Positions 21,635 to 33,864 of a DNA stretch of 64,000 nt are shown piece after piece. Position 1 is the first letter of the stretch, and each line of letters opens with the position of its first letter. Under the pieces are notes generated by a model, which was not told the DNA's origin, did not search any database, and worked only from the letters and a program-made list of their open reading frames with translations. Origin of the DNA: Diplonema japonicum (Eukaryota; Protista; Euglenozoa: Diplonemea); assembly GCA_964019335.1 (NCBI GenBank), contig OZ025701.1, forward strand, positions 62,001 through 126,000, in the 5' to 3' direction. The translations under genes and the position numbers were made by a program.

Positions 21635-22562
21635 CTGTTTTTTTTTTTTTTTTTTTTTTCCCTACTACGAAAGTTATTTTCACTATGTGACGAATATAAT
21701 GGGAGGCGGAAAGTGGAGAGGGGGAACTGGGAACAACACATAATAGTATATTAATTGCCCCCCTTTCTGACCTTTTTAACGAAAATTACCTTTAAAATGT
21801 TGAAATGTTTTCGTCATTATATCGTGTTCTTTTTTTTCTTTTTTCTTTCTCAAAAAAAAAAGTGTTTTTTTTTTTTCTTTCCTTTATTTGTTTTGTTATT
21901 TATTTTGACACCCTCAAGAAAATTCTCCTCGGGAAGAGGGCGGGGGGGGCGGGGTCATCCATCCACCTTTTAGTGGGCATTATAATTGCGTCACCCTCCC
22001 TTTCCTTTTGGGAAAGTACTGAGCATAGAGTATAGTTGCTCTTTTGCACAAAGCCCCTACCTAAACTTTCTCTCTCTCTTTTTTTTTTGTTTCAGTACAA
22101 CTTGTCTTCCCTCTCTTTCTTCTTTTCTTTTTTCACCTAATTGCCCTCTTTTTTTTTTTTTTGCCCTCCCCTCTCTCTTTTTTTAAACCTTTCCCATCTT
22201 TTTCATTGTAGTGGAGGCACATCCCACAGAAGAAGGGGGGGGAAAAAAAAAGAAGATAATATAAAAAAAAGCGGGGCAAAAAAAATAATTAAGAAAAAGA
22301 GAGAAAGGGGGGGGGGGGGGGGTGAAGTTTAGCAATTGTCTCTTTTGATGGTTGTTTGAGCGTTTTTTTTTTTCTCTCTCTTTTTGTGAGGTTGTAGCTT
22401 TTTTTTTTCAAAAAAGAAGGCCATTGTGAAATGCCCCTCAAGGTTTCAAAGTCCCTCAGAGGTTCACAGCGGGAAAGGGGGGTAAAATCGTGTAATAATT
22501 TCGCAAGACTTTTTAGTTGTCTTTGTTCATGCTGCCTTGTATTTACTTTATGAGGAGCTGTG

Positions 22563-22610
<48 letters not shown>

Positions 22611-22973
22611 TAAAGTGTTCATTCGCAACGGGGAAAAAAAAAAAAAAAAAAAAAAAAAATGTATAATTCACAAGCTACCGCAGTTTAATGAATTTCTTAG
22701 AAAAAAAAAAAAAAAAAAAGAGTCGGTTTGATTGTTGATTGTGCACAGCCGGGGGATTAACCTGTATAAGGATAAGCCCAACAATGCCACCACTACTCTT
22801 TTTAGCAATAACAATTCATTATCAATATATTGTTTTTCTTTGTTCAAACAAAAAAAAAAGAAGAAAAACAAAACAGTGCCGACATTTCAATTGCTATCAC
22901 GAATAAAGGGGGGAGGGGGAAAGAAAGACTTCAGAGTCCGATTAAAACGTGATAAGGGGACAGTATGGTACCG

Positions 22974-23012
<39 letters not shown>

Positions 23013-23927
23013 GGTTTACACTCATTTCCGATGATTGTTAAAAGAAAACAAAAATACATCAAAAGGCCTTTTTTTTTTTTCCTGTGGGGAAGGCCTCGAG
23101 AGAATTAAAAAAACTTCCCCCTCTTCTTTTTTTTCTTTATATTTAAAATGTCTTCCTGCATCCTTTCTTTTTTTGTTTTTCTTTGCCCCTCCAAAAGGCA
23201 ATTCCAGGAGGGGTCGGGGAAAAAAAAAAAAAAAAGGAAAAACGGCGGGAATGGCTTTAAAAAAAAAAAAAAAAAAGGTCCTTGAGAAAAGTGAAACTTT
23301 CTTTTTTTTCTTTTTCTTTTTTTTTTTTTTACGAGCATGACTCGCACTTGGGGATCGGGAGTGGAACGGAAAAAAAAAAAAAAGAAAAACACCCAACCCA
23401 GAGGGGAAAGGGGAGGGAGAAAAAGAATGTAGACAAACACGTACCGCGGCTACATTACCTGTGCATATTCCCCTTTTGATTCAAATCTCACTCTTTCTCC
23501 ACTGTTAGTCTAAAAAAGAAAAGAAGGGGAAAAAAAGAAAAAAAAAAAGGGAGAAGGAAAAAAAAAATGCAAACACAAAGTAAAAGCCATCATTGTGCGC
23601 AACAAACGATAAAAGGGGGGTATTAAAAAAAAAGAAAAAAAGTAAAAAGAATCTTTAAATAGATATGATGAAACTAGACCCCTCCCCCACCTTCACTCAC
23701 ATCCCTGTGTTTAAGAAGAGGAGGAAAAAAAAAAAAGTAAAGATTTTGCGCATCACATCTCTAAACCCTTTTTGGTACCCCCCCCCCTTCTGTTAGGAGG
23801 ACACAGAAGATTGATATTTTCAAAACAAAAGACTCTGTTCAAAATTAGATTTTTCCTTTTTGAAACCCTTTCCTAAAAATTCCTTCTATGATTGACCAGA
23901 CGGGTTATAGAGATGTGGAGGCGTGAA

Positions 23928-23962
<35 letters not shown>

Positions 23963-24701
23963 AACAAATCTGGGCTCACACAGCGTTATAATTCAGTACT
24001 TTCCGTGTTTTGCCCCGGCAGAAAAAAAATCATTCGCCAGGGGGGGGGAGGGGGGGGTGGGGAGAAAATATTTGGCAACGATCCAGTGCAGTGGTATAAA
24101 AATCTTTTTTTTATATCACGTTTCGGTTACAGAATCGCCCGGGGGGGGGGGGGGGCAATATTTCTTTTTTTCTTTTGACAAAAATAACAAAGTATGCCAT
24201 CTTCTGCAAGTCCGAGATCCTTTTTCGAACTCTTCGATTTTCCCTTTTTTTTTTTTTTCTTTTTTTGCGTCCCAGGGGGATGGGGAATTGAGGCACTTTG
24301 GCCAGCGCAGGAATAAAAATGGGCCGCTAGCTTAACCTTCACGGAATGGTGAGAAAATAGGGGAGGTCGTGGGTCCATTTTTTTTTTTTTCTTTTTCGTT
24401 TTTTTTTTCCCCCCACTTTCTTTTTTTTTTTCCTTGTTTGCTTGCCACCAGTTTCTTTCGAGGGGAAATAAAGAAGAAAAGAGGAATAGGAGAGAGGTAT
24501 AACATATGTTTCTACTAAAAAAAAAAAAAAAAAAAAAAAAAGAAGGAGGGAGCGAAAGGAGGGGGTGAAGGGGAAAAAAAAAAAAAAAAAAATCAGGGAG
24601 CGAAAAAAAAAACGGGAGAAAAAAAAAGTTTTTTTTTTTCAAAAATCAAAAAAAAAAGTATTACAAGTCGTGGGGAAAGGACTTTGTCCATCAGTTACTG
24701 G

Positions 24702-24732
<31 letters not shown>

Positions 24733-24830
24733 AGAAGAAGAAAAGAAACCCCTGCCCAAGGAAGGGAGGGGCCCACAAAAAAAATGACGATAAAATGAAT
24801 TCTTTTTTTTTTTTTTCGAGTCACCGATTT
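21635..24830. repeat. Homopolymer-rich non-coding tract
   Basis: Many A/T runs (up to ~42 nt at 22566-22607) and G/C runs of 9-16 nt; no credible ORF. Confidence 0.85.
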
Positions 24831-24858
24831 ACTAAAATGTCTTCTCCTCTCCCTATCC

Positions 24859-26538
24859 CTAACAAACAGCGCATCCACTGCCACAACAAGCGGCACCACG
24901 GCCGCTTCGGGGGCTGGCGGTGTTTGGGGACTTTATTTCCCGACGGCGGAGCGACTCAGTGGTAGGCCTCTTGTCGGGAACCCTGGCAATGGGAGAAGTG
25001 GTAGTGGTGGGAGTCGTGGGCTCGCTTTCCTTCGGCAGCTTCCCTTCACGGAGTTTGTAAGGGAACCTCACTCCGGAGAAAATCTGCTTGTTGTGAACAG
25101 GCAGATCGGAGGCAGAGTGGGAGACGCGCACCTTTTGTAAAAAAAAAAAAAAAAAAAAAAATAGAACAAAAAAAAAAAAAAAAAAAAAAAAAAGCACACC
25201 TGGAACCTCAACGGAAAGACTTGGTCGGAATTGATAACCTCGTACCTGCTGATCTGGAGCACCATGTTGCTGAAGATGGCAGTACCGTCATTCTGTACCC
25301 GGACCTTGCAGTTGAACAGTTCAGCGTTCGGGCACAGGTGTTGTGCCACCACGTCAACGTTCTCCTCTTCGAGGATCTGACACTCGTTGCCGTTGCTGTC
25401 CACCAGCTGTATCACGATCGCAGGGAATGCACACGTTTGGATCCACGTCCGCTCCTCGTCCTGCCCCGCCGTCAGCGGCAGATCCTTCACCTGTGTCGTG
25501 CGTTACTTAGCGTTGTGACCATACCTCATCAGTGTAGGTGTAGAAGGACAAATCGTAGTCAGGGTGCATCTTAAACCTAAGGTCCCAAGCAGGGGCGTAG
25601 AACTTGTCTTTCAAAGCTCCCTGTGTGAGGATCTCGCCGTCAGGAAGTGTGAGGTGTTCGATGTCAGAGCTGCACAGGGGGCACGCGTAGCGATTTCTTT
25701 CATTTTTGTTAGGAACAGTTTAAAAAAAAAAAAAAATGAAAGAAATACCTGAGACGGAGATACTCCAGCAGACACTGGGAATGGAATTTGTGGTTGCAGT
25801 TCGTGGTGATGTCGCACTCCTCATCGTCGGTGAGGCAGATGGGGCAGGACCTGTCCTCTGCCTCGTGGGGTGCTACGGTGGCTTGTTCCACCACGGTGGG
25901 GTTGTCACGGACGTGGGAGAAGGCTTGCGAAGGGACCCTGAAGCGTTGTTTAATTTTCTGCTTCTTTCTACTAGAACACACCTGGTGAAACCTAGGGCCG
26001 GGCTCTCTGGGATGAACCTACCTGCCTCGCCCTGCGACTCTCCAAGGAACTGGGCCTTCTTTGTCTGTTTTTTTTTTTTTTTTTTTCTTTCTTTTTTTCT
26101 TTTTTGAAAATAAGAAATGGTTGAAGAGCATACATCATTCACTATACCAGCCCACTTTTTGGTGTTCTTTCTGATCTCGCCTGGTGACCTCACATTGACG
26201 AAGACGGAGCCGCCCGAGGTCCTCCGCCTGAGTGGGATGGACACCATGGAGTCGTCCCTGGCGGGCGACGTGGCAAGGCTGCCCCTTCTGTGAGAGGGCT
26301 CTGAAGGGTTACGGGGGATGAACGTCAGCGACTGGCTTTGGGGGGAGTTCCTGTTCCTTTTCGCCAGGTCGCGCAACGTGTGGTGGTGTTCGGACTCTTC
26401 GTCATCGTGCTCCGAGGCTTCCCCCTCAGTGCACAGCACCGTCGAGCACTTTCTAATCGGCGTGTGATCCATGCTCTCAGAGCAGCACTCATCATTTTCA
26501 CCCGGCCTCACTGCCTCAGACCCCTTCGCGTCCGACAT
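24859..26538 (-). CDS. RING-H2 protein (probable E3 ligase) with a C-terminal CaaX-like motif, 5 introns
   Basis: Spliced frame gives CPIC...CNHKFHSQC...CPLC; ends GAACCGSGCAVC*. Confidence 0.78.
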
Positions 26539-26789
26539 CGCTATACAAGTGTGAACAAATAAACAAGAATTAACAGAATCAACAAAATGATGAAAGAAGT
26601 GTGTGGGGTCCTGTATTGAGGCTTCAACGGGAGTTTTAAACGGGTGGTGGGGGGGGAGGGGGTAAAAAGGACAGGAGGATGGGGGAATGGACACACAACT
26701 GAAAGAAAGAAAAAAGGGACAGAATTGAAAATACTAGCTACAGCACAGATCACGGATCATACATAACTGAACTGATCAGTCCTCTTCGC

Positions 26790-29700
26790 TTAGTCCTCCT
26801 CGCTTGATGTTTCGGCATCGTCGCCCGCGTCCATGGTGCCCGACACTGTGGTCTGACGGGGCGCTGCCTTCGTAGGTGCGGGGGTGGTTGTTGATGAGTT
26901 TGTTTTGGAAGCATCGCAGGCATCGCACTTTGCAGCAGTTGCCTTGTTGAGGAACGTACACGACCCGCACGCCCACTGTGCTGGTGGTGCGGTCACTGCT
27001 TTCTGCTCTTGTGCCTGTGGTTTAGCAGCACCCCCTTTCTCGGTGTCGCACATGGAGCACCTTTTTTCGTAGTTCTCTTGATATGTGCACACAGAACATG
27101 TCCAGGGCCGTTTGGGTGCTTCCTTCCCACACATCTCACACGCATTGACAGATGTCTTGTTGGCATACGTGCACCGTGGGCATTTCCACGTATCAGCAGG
27201 AACTTCCACGTTTTGCTCTGCAGGAGTCTTCGGCAGCTCCGCCGGTTGCACTTCCTCAGCGTCATCGTCATCAGAATGCACCGAAGAGTATGCGTCCTCT
27301 TCTTGTGAGGAAACACCTTGCTGGGCGGGAGCTGCAGCGGGCACCTTCTCAGGTTCACTTTTGTCAGGCCCTTCTTCCGAGGAGCCCTCCGTTGTACTGC
27401 TTGTCGTGTCTGATGTTGTCGACGATAGGTCGTCGCACGCCACCATCGACCCCCGCACCACAAGCGCCTTGGGCGATGGCGTCTTCTCACTTTCTTCTTC
27501 TTCTTCCTCCTCTTCTTCTTCCTCTTCGTCTTCCTCGTCAGAGGATCTAGGGAGCGTGAATGCATCCATTTCCTCGTCTGCTTCTTGCTCCTCTGTTTTT
27601 TTCTGCGTTTCGGCTTCCTTTAACGCCTGCAATCTCCTTTGCTCTCCAACTTCTTCTTTCCTTACCGTCTTCTCTTTCTCCTGATTTACTAGAGACTGTA
27701 TGGCAGCCCGCTCAGCAACCTCCGCTCTCTGTACACCACAGCTGGAAGAGAAGACCTTTGCGTACATAACACTGACATCAATGGCCGTGGCAGTACCTAA
27801 CACGCACCACTCGCTGGTGTACATGTCATCTGCGATGCCCTGGAGCTGCCACGGCTTGTGCACGTACGCATCGTCCTTAATCTCCAGATGGCCGGGAACC
27901 ACGGCCAGACCTTTGATAGGGATGCACGGCAACTGTAGGGGCTTATGATCGTCCATTGGGGTCAGGGAGCACAGTGAAGGGGACAGCAGCACTGTGGTGT
28001 GCGGGAGGGTGCTGGGAACGAAACATGTAGTAGTATAGCTGATAGTGGCCGTGAACTGCAACAAGGCTATGAGCTTTGCCCACTTGGCGCTATACGGTGA
28101 ATTGGGAGTCAGGAAGGCCTCTTGCACTTCGGACAGAATATCTATGCTCACCCTGAAGAGGCCGCTGATGTCCTGGGGCGTAGCACACAACAGAAATCCC
28201 ACCAAAGCAGACATGGGTGGTGCTGGCGACACTTTGCAGAGGTGCACCGCAAGCTTGCACAACACAGGGCGCACTTTTTCGGAACCTCCAAGGTTCTTTT
28301 CAATCTCCTCGAGGACGGTGCAAGTGGACTTATTCCTGTACTGCGTGATCAGCCCCGAGGTGCTGGGTGCTTGGACGGATGTTCTGCTCAGCGCGGGCGG
28401 CAGCAACGTGTACTCCCCAACGTCAAGGGGAACGCTGAGTGCTAATGTTATAGACGTCCTGCTTGTGTGCCCCTCGCGAAACAGTGCTGCGATTTCTTTC
28501 ATTTCGGCAGCACACGTTGCGCCCATTTGCAGTAGCGCGTCGAAGCACACCCCCATGTTCGAGTGCACCATCGACCTCTCTCGCTCTTCAGCCTGTTCAA
28601 GCATCTCGACCAAAAGCCCCACTCTACCCATGCTGCCCTTTGAGAAAATATCAGCGAATGCAACATCAGCTTCGTGCAGTAATATGGACCTCTCGTTGTC
28701 CTCCTGAATAGCAATAGCACTGCACTGCAGTTTGAAGTTGGCCCCGTCTCGCATCCCAGCCAGTCGCTCTCGTTCGCCATGTTCCTCGCCATGCATCGTC
28801 ATTGTTAGTTTCATGTGATACGCTTCGATCTTCTGTATTGAGACAGCCCGTGCAAGTTCCCCCACAATGCGGACTCTTCTGATGTCCTCCTCCTCGAATG
28901 TCATCTGCCTTGTCATCTGCTGTGCTTGCGTTGCCCACATTACATAGATCCTGTCGTATCCTATGTCGTATGCTCCTTCGCATCTGAACAGGTGTAGCAC
29001 ATTTGCTTTTCTGAGAATCTCATTTCTTGCGATGGCTTCATGTTGTATCACCTTTAAGGAAAGTATTTCGCTGTTGCTGGTGCTCTCTACGACACGCATT
29101 CTAGTCCGCTTCATGTCCTCTTGCTGTTCACATGCGAGGAGATGCCTTAATTGGTTCTCTTCATTTTCCAGCTTCAGGCACGCGTTCATTGCGCCCCACA
29201 ACTGTGTGGTGCGAGCGTGGGCCCTTCTCTCAGCGATGCGAACCCCGCCACGCAAGTACGCCTCCCTTACAGGGACTGACAGCATATAGATGGACAGCCT
29301 GCGGCACAGTTCGTCGGTCTGGAGGTTGCGGTGCTGCACAGCATGCTCGACCTGAAGGAGCACCAAGCGGTCGAAGTGCACCCTTTCGACATGTAGGGCA
29401 TGTGTCGCACACAGTGCATCATGCAGCAAGGCGTGCCTGCGTTGCCACTGCTCGTGCTCTTCCGCAAACCTGCTCTTCTCATTCAGTGCATTCTGTAATG
29501 CTACTTGAGACTGCAGCGACGTTTCGTTCGCCTCAACAATTCCAGCTCTGCCAACTTTCTCATCGCGCTCGAGAGTTTCACATGCACTGACCCACTCTTC
29601 CTCTGATCGCTCCATCTGCTGTAGCCTCCGCACTGCCCACTCAACGTCGGTCTTCCCTTCTTGAGGGATTTCTGTTTTTGAACACACTGCACTCACAACA

Positions 29701-31673
29701 TCGTCTGTGACCTCTGTAATGATGAACGGCACTGCAGGGCTCACAAGCCTCACGACATCCGTGATCTTGATAGTCGGCGCCTTACACAGGCTGAACTCGA
29801 TGAGTCCCTCTTCAGGGTTGGGATCGTCTTCGTAATCTTTGCTGCTTATGGGCTTTAGGATGCCTTCAAAAGCTTTAAGGTCAGTCGAGTAGAACATTGG
29901 CGGCAGATGTGAAGCATGTCGCCCTTCCAGCTCAAGAAAGGCGTGCCTCGAGCCAAAGCCTTTCCTGTAGACAACGTCTTCCTCGTGTTGTGCGTAGGAG
30001 ATCAGGAGCATGATGGTTTTGATCCATTGGCGGATTTTGCGTGAAGCAGCACGCTTGTCGTCAGGGGTGCTGGCCTCGACTGCTTCTCTGAGGGACTCCT
30101 CGATGTCGACGATGGGAACACTGGTGCACTTGCCGCCCCCAAGCATCTTATTGACGTTCTCTGTAGAGCGACACCGCAGCAGCTGGCACACAAAACCTAC
30201 CAGCGAGTCGACACACAAGGTGCCCGAAGCTTGCTTGCACAGCCTGATCAACACGGCCCTCACGCATGCATTGGGTGCGGGCACTAAGTTCATCGTAAGT
30301 TCATCTACAATGTCACCAGGCTTCGACTTGTAGCAGTGCCACAGCTGTGTCGTGAAGGGGACCACTCTGTCGATGTCGACAGGGTTGAAGTAGAAGTTAG
30401 GGTCGAAATCAACCATCAGCGAGGCCATGTTGCCACGCGCCCGTTGCAGCATCCCTTCCTGCGAAACGGTCAGCGGCACAGAGGACCCCAACGGCAAGGC
30501 TGGGGCCCTTTGCTTCCACTCGTTTATGACCTTCTGCACACTGCGCAGCGACTGGTCAGCTTTAATCCCTTCCAAAGCTCCTGCTTGTTGCAAGTCGTCG
30601 TTCCCTTCAGAGATACCCACCATGACATACCCCTCCATCCATGGCAGGTGGTAGTACTTACCCTCCATGAGGACATCAGTGTCCTGTTGCTTATTGGCAG
30701 AGCAGATGCTGGGGAGTGTGAAGTATCCTTTCTCGGAAGAAGTGTAACCACCCATGGCTTCCTGAAGGGAGCACATCCCCTGGAGCAGCACGATGGTTTT
30801 GATCCACTTCGCCACGTAGTCCCATGCGGCAGTCACATTCCCTATGTTGGTGGTGATGGTCATCAGCGCAGCTTGTAGGGGTTTAGAGATGCAGGAGGCG
30901 GAAGGCTTCGCGATGAGGGAACTATGGTTAGGAGTGGACCAAACGCGGAGGGCGAAGAGGCCAATGTGAGAGGGCTCTCTTTGAGTGGGCTGCGAGGCGA
31001 GGGGGAGATGCTCGTCGTATTCCTGCCAAATGCAATCGATGGAGGAGGCAAGGAGGGCGGGACCGACGGAGAGGTTGTCGAGGAGCTCGTGAAACGCGTC
31101 ACCACGCTTGTTAGCGTAGAGATGCAGGAACCTGGAGACAAGACTTTGCGTTTCGCTGCGTGTGTGGACAATGGGCGAGGGGATGGACGACTGGAAAGCA
31201 GGAACACCATCACCCCAGGCCGCTTCTCGAACTGTCTTCAGAGTTTGGAGGGTAAGGGGCTCAACAGATGCAGGTGTGATGGAGATGGGGTCATCCCCGA
31301 AGACCTCGTCCTCGACCATGATGGCGTCAGGCTTATCGATGCTTCGCTCGCCCACACTGCTGTTGGTTGTCTCGTCTTTGAGGCTGCTCTCCACTTCCAT
31401 CATCCCTAAGGAGTAGGTGTCGTCGTAGTCCATGTAAGGCGTCCCGAGCGTTGCAACAGAGAGACCGCTCATCACGTCAGTCCGCGTGTTTACAGATGAC
31501 GGCAGGCTCCTGACTCGTGTTACCTTAAGCTTGTCGCTTCGCCTTGCGGGCGATACTTTCCTCTCCTTCAGCGCCCGCCTTCGATATCGTGGGGACTTTT
31601 CCTTCTCTCTCTTCATACCATCGACAACCCATGGCGGTGGCTCTCCTACAGGCCATCCCTCTCGCATCCCCAT
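26790..31673 (-). CDS. Large protein with coiled coil, acidic region and three RanBP2-type zinc fingers
   Basis: WKCPRCTYAN..CEMC, WTCSVCTYQE..CSMC, WACGSCTFLN..CDAC; likely ATG at 31673. Confidence 0.85.
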   Translation of the reverse strand: MGMREGWPVGEPPPWVVDGMKREKEKSPRYRRRALKERKVSPARRSDKLKVTRVRSLPSSVNTRTDVMSGLSVATLGTPYMDYDDTYSLGMMEVESSLKDETTNSSVGERSIDKPDAIMVEDEVFGDDPISITPASVEPLTLQTLKTVREAAWGDGVPAFQSSIPSPIVHTRSETQSLVSRFLHLYANKRGDAFHELLDNLSVGPALLASSIDCIWQEYDEHLPLASQPTQREPSHIGLFALRVWSTPNHSSLIAKPSASCISKPLQAALMTITTNIGNVTAAWDYVAKWIKTIVLLQGMCSLQEAMGGYTSSEKGYFTLPSICSANKQQDTDVLMEGKYYHLPWMEGYVMVGISEGNDDLQQAGALEGIKADQSLRSVQKVINEWKQRAPALPLGSSVPLTVSQEGMLQRARGNMASLMVDFDPNFYFNPVDIDRVVPFTTQLWHCYKSKPGDIVDELTMNLVPAPNACVRAVLIRLCKQASGTLCVDSLVGFVCQLLRCRSTENVNKMLGGGKCTSVPIVDIEESLREAVEASTPDDKRAASRKIRQWIKTIMLLISYAQHEEDVVYRKGFGSRHAFLELEGRHASHLPPMFYSTDLKAFEGILKPISSKDYEDDPNPEEGLIEFSLCKAPTIKITDVVRLVSPAVPFIITEVTDDVVSAVCSKTEIPQEGKTDVEWAVRRLQQMERSEEEWVSACETLERDEKVGRAGIVEANETSLQSQVALQNALNEKSRFAEEHEQWQRRHALLHDALCATHALHVERVHFDRLVLLQVEHAVQHRNLQTDELCRRLSIYMLSVPVREAYLRGGVRIAERRAHARTTQLWGAMNACLKLENEENQLRHLLACEQQEDMKRTRMRVVESTSNSEILSLKVIQHEAIARNEILRKANVLHLFRCEGAYDIGYDRIYVMWATQAQQMTRQMTFEEEDIRRVRIVGELARAVSIQKIEAYHMKLTMTMHGEEHGERERLAGMRDGANFKLQCSAIAIQEDNERSILLHEADVAFADIFSKGSMGRVGLLVEMLEQAEERERSMVHSNMGVCFDALLQMGATCAAEMKEIAALFREGHTSRTSITLALSVPLDVGEYTLLPPALSRTSVQAPSTSGLITQYRNKSTCTVLEEIEKNLGGSEKVRPVLCKLAVHLCKVSPAPPMSALVGFLLCATPQDISGLFRVSIDILSEVQEAFLTPNSPYSAKWAKLIALLQFTATISYTTTCFVPSTLPHTTVLLSPSLCSLTPMDDHKPLQLPCIPIKGLAVVPGHLEIKDDAYVHKPWQLQGIADDMYTSEWCVLGTATAIDVSVMYAKVFSSSCGVQRAEVAERAAIQSLVNQEKEKTVRKEEVGEQRRLQALKEAETQKKTEEQEADEEMDAFTLPRSSDEEDEEEEEEEEEEEESEKTPSPKALVVRGSMVACDDLSSTTSDTTSSTTEGSSEEGPDKSEPEKVPAAAPAQQGVSSQEEDAYSSVHSDDDDAEEVQPAELPKTPAEQNVEVPADTWKCPRCTYANKTSVNACEMCGKEAPKRPWTCSVCTYQENYEKRCSMCDTEKGGAAKPQAQEQKAVTAPPAQWACGSCTFLNKATAAKCDACDASKTNSSTTTPAPTKAAPRQTTVSGTMDAGDDAETSSEED

Positions 31674-32904
31674 ACTGCAATGTACTGGAATGGAATTCCC
31701 CCTTTTGCAAGAAAAGAAAAAAAAGGTAGAATGAGACAAAAAAAAAAAGAACCGAGGAAATAATAACTCAGAAAACTCATGTAGTGGGGGGGGGAGAAAA
31801 AAAACAAACCCATCAAAAAAAAAAAAGAAGTTCGATAAAAACTTTTTCAGTGTGCTCAAGAAAACAAAAAAAAAATCATAGACCGCGTAAGAAGAGAGAA
31901 AACTGGATGTTCTTTTTTTGAGAAAAAAAAACAACACAACAAAAAAAAGAAAAAAGAATTAAAGGAGGTCTTTGATAGACTCCAAAAAAATTCGATCTTT
32001 TCAAGAAAAAAAAAAAAAAAAGCAGGGTGTTTGTGATCAATTTAAATCACACGCTTAGGTGAGGTCTAGCTACCCCATAAGAAATAAACAGAACAAAAAA
32101 TAATGGGAGCTCCTCTTTTTTTTCCCCTTCCGTCATCGAAATACGAAGAACATCTCATCGCCATGCACACCAACACTGACATCAGGGGAGGCCCTGGAAC
32201 ACTCCTCTGTGTGTAAAGAAGGCTGTTGTGCTCACAAAGCCTTCGAAGATGTAATACACGTTTAAGGTTTAAGGAGAGTTCTTTTTTTTCTTTTCTCTTC
32301 TTTTGCTTAGACTTACATTTCTGAAAAAAGATCTTCAGTGTTCAAAAAAAAAAAGAGAGAAAATTACCGCAAGCACATTGAATAGCAAAACTTTTCTCCC
32401 CCCCCCCCCCTCTATTGAATGCACCGATTAAAAAAAAACTATTCTGTTAACTGCATCGTCCAATACTACCTATAGGCGCTCTTGCAACGACCACCACAGC
32501 CATCGCCAACGTGCCAAAAAATGGGCTAAACTCGCACACTGGTGTGAGCTTCAAGGGAGCTAAACGTTTCAGACATGGCGTGCCACACCCATAGGCCTCA
32601 CGACCGGGGAGGGGGACATTTAAAAAAAAAAAAGCGGTGCCGACCCTCGAAAGAGAGCCCCTTTCAACCTTTTACTACACACACAGGAAAACAGGATTCA
32701 CTGCAGCTAAAAAAGCGTCAAGACGGCCAGAATAAAGTAGTAAAAAAAAAACTCATAGTAAAAGACAATCCCACTCGAGGACAGCCTCTTGTGGTGTGAG
32801 TTCCTATCTATTAATGCTCCCCTTCTGGAGCATAGCCTTCGTTCCTATTGTCGCTTTTAAAGCTTTTCGTAGTTTCGACACGCGTTCTTTCTTGTATGTC
32901 CCTT

Positions 32905-33770
32905 TCAACTCTGTAGCTTTTGCGCTGTCTGTCTTGATGCGAAGATCGGCCTCCTGTTAAAGCCTATTGCAGCCTTGCCTCCGATCGCTGTGAGCGACTT
33001 GACCCTCTTTGCCCCGTCCGCAGGGAAGGGGCGTCTTATCCGTCTCGTTCTGCACACTGCGTTGGCTCTCTCCACCAACAGCTTGATTCTGCGTGCCTTC
33101 CTCTGCATGTTGTAGACTCCCAGTGACTTACCGGTTGTCTCCTCAAAGTCGAGTGCAAGTTCAGCTGCCGAAACCTCCGAGTCGGTGTCGCCCTCCACCC
33201 ATCGCAGCTTTCCCATCCATTCCAGCAGTGGTTCCCCGAATTGCTCCAGCAGTCCCACCACTGTCCCCAGCTGTGCTGTCGTCGGTACCGGGGTCACTTT
33301 GCCTGTCACTTCCCGCTCCCATGGTAGCTTCTTGTTGCCGCCTTCTGCCTGCATCAGCCCTTCGTCCCGCTTTTCCACCACCATTGCCAGGTATCGCTGC
33401 AGCTTCTCTAGGTGTTCGAACCCGTTCCCCCTTGGTAGGATGGCATGCAGCTCGAGGCAGAGCGGCCATCCCGTCCTGTCGCGCAGCGGTTCCATCTCCT
33501 CCCGTATCAGCTCCTCTCGTGCTGGCGGGCACTCGTACAGCTGGTGGCGTAGCAGTGTTACTGTGTCCGCATGCTTGGTCGGGCAGAGGTCACATTCAAA
33601 TCCCGACTCGTCTTGTCCTTCATGCGCCGCTGGCTCGTCTTGATCTTCCTCTTCTTCGCTCCGTCCCTCGGACTCGTCGTCCTCATTCGTGGGGGGTACA
33701 CACTTTGGTCCTGCTTTAGGACTGCTAACGGACTTAGGTAGGGGATCCCTCCCGCAATTACCCTCTTGAT
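32905..33770 (-). mobile_element. 3' relic of a LINE-like retrotransposon ORF (CCHC knuckle plus C-terminal domain)
   Basis: CDLC-x12-HQLYEC knuckle; homologous to the relic at 60.5-61.2 kb; no reverse transcriptase visible. Confidence 0.6.
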
Positions 33771-33864
33771 ACAGAAAGCTAAAAAAAAAAGTGAAAAAAA
33801 AAGGGGGGTGTAATATGAAAGATAAAGGAACTGAACCAAAAAAAAAAAAAGGTGGGGAGGCGAT

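Noticed and set aside
21755-24965. Many poly-Lys/poly-Phe ORFs
   Set aside because: Translations of homopolymer runs
26776-26804. 14-15-nt tandem duplication around the stop of the RanBP2-finger gene
   Set aside because: Simple slippage; the repeat is out of frame, so readthrough is not implied
32040-32600. Complex islands as extra kinase exons or snoRNAs
   Set aside because: No consistent spliced frame or box motifs could be supported
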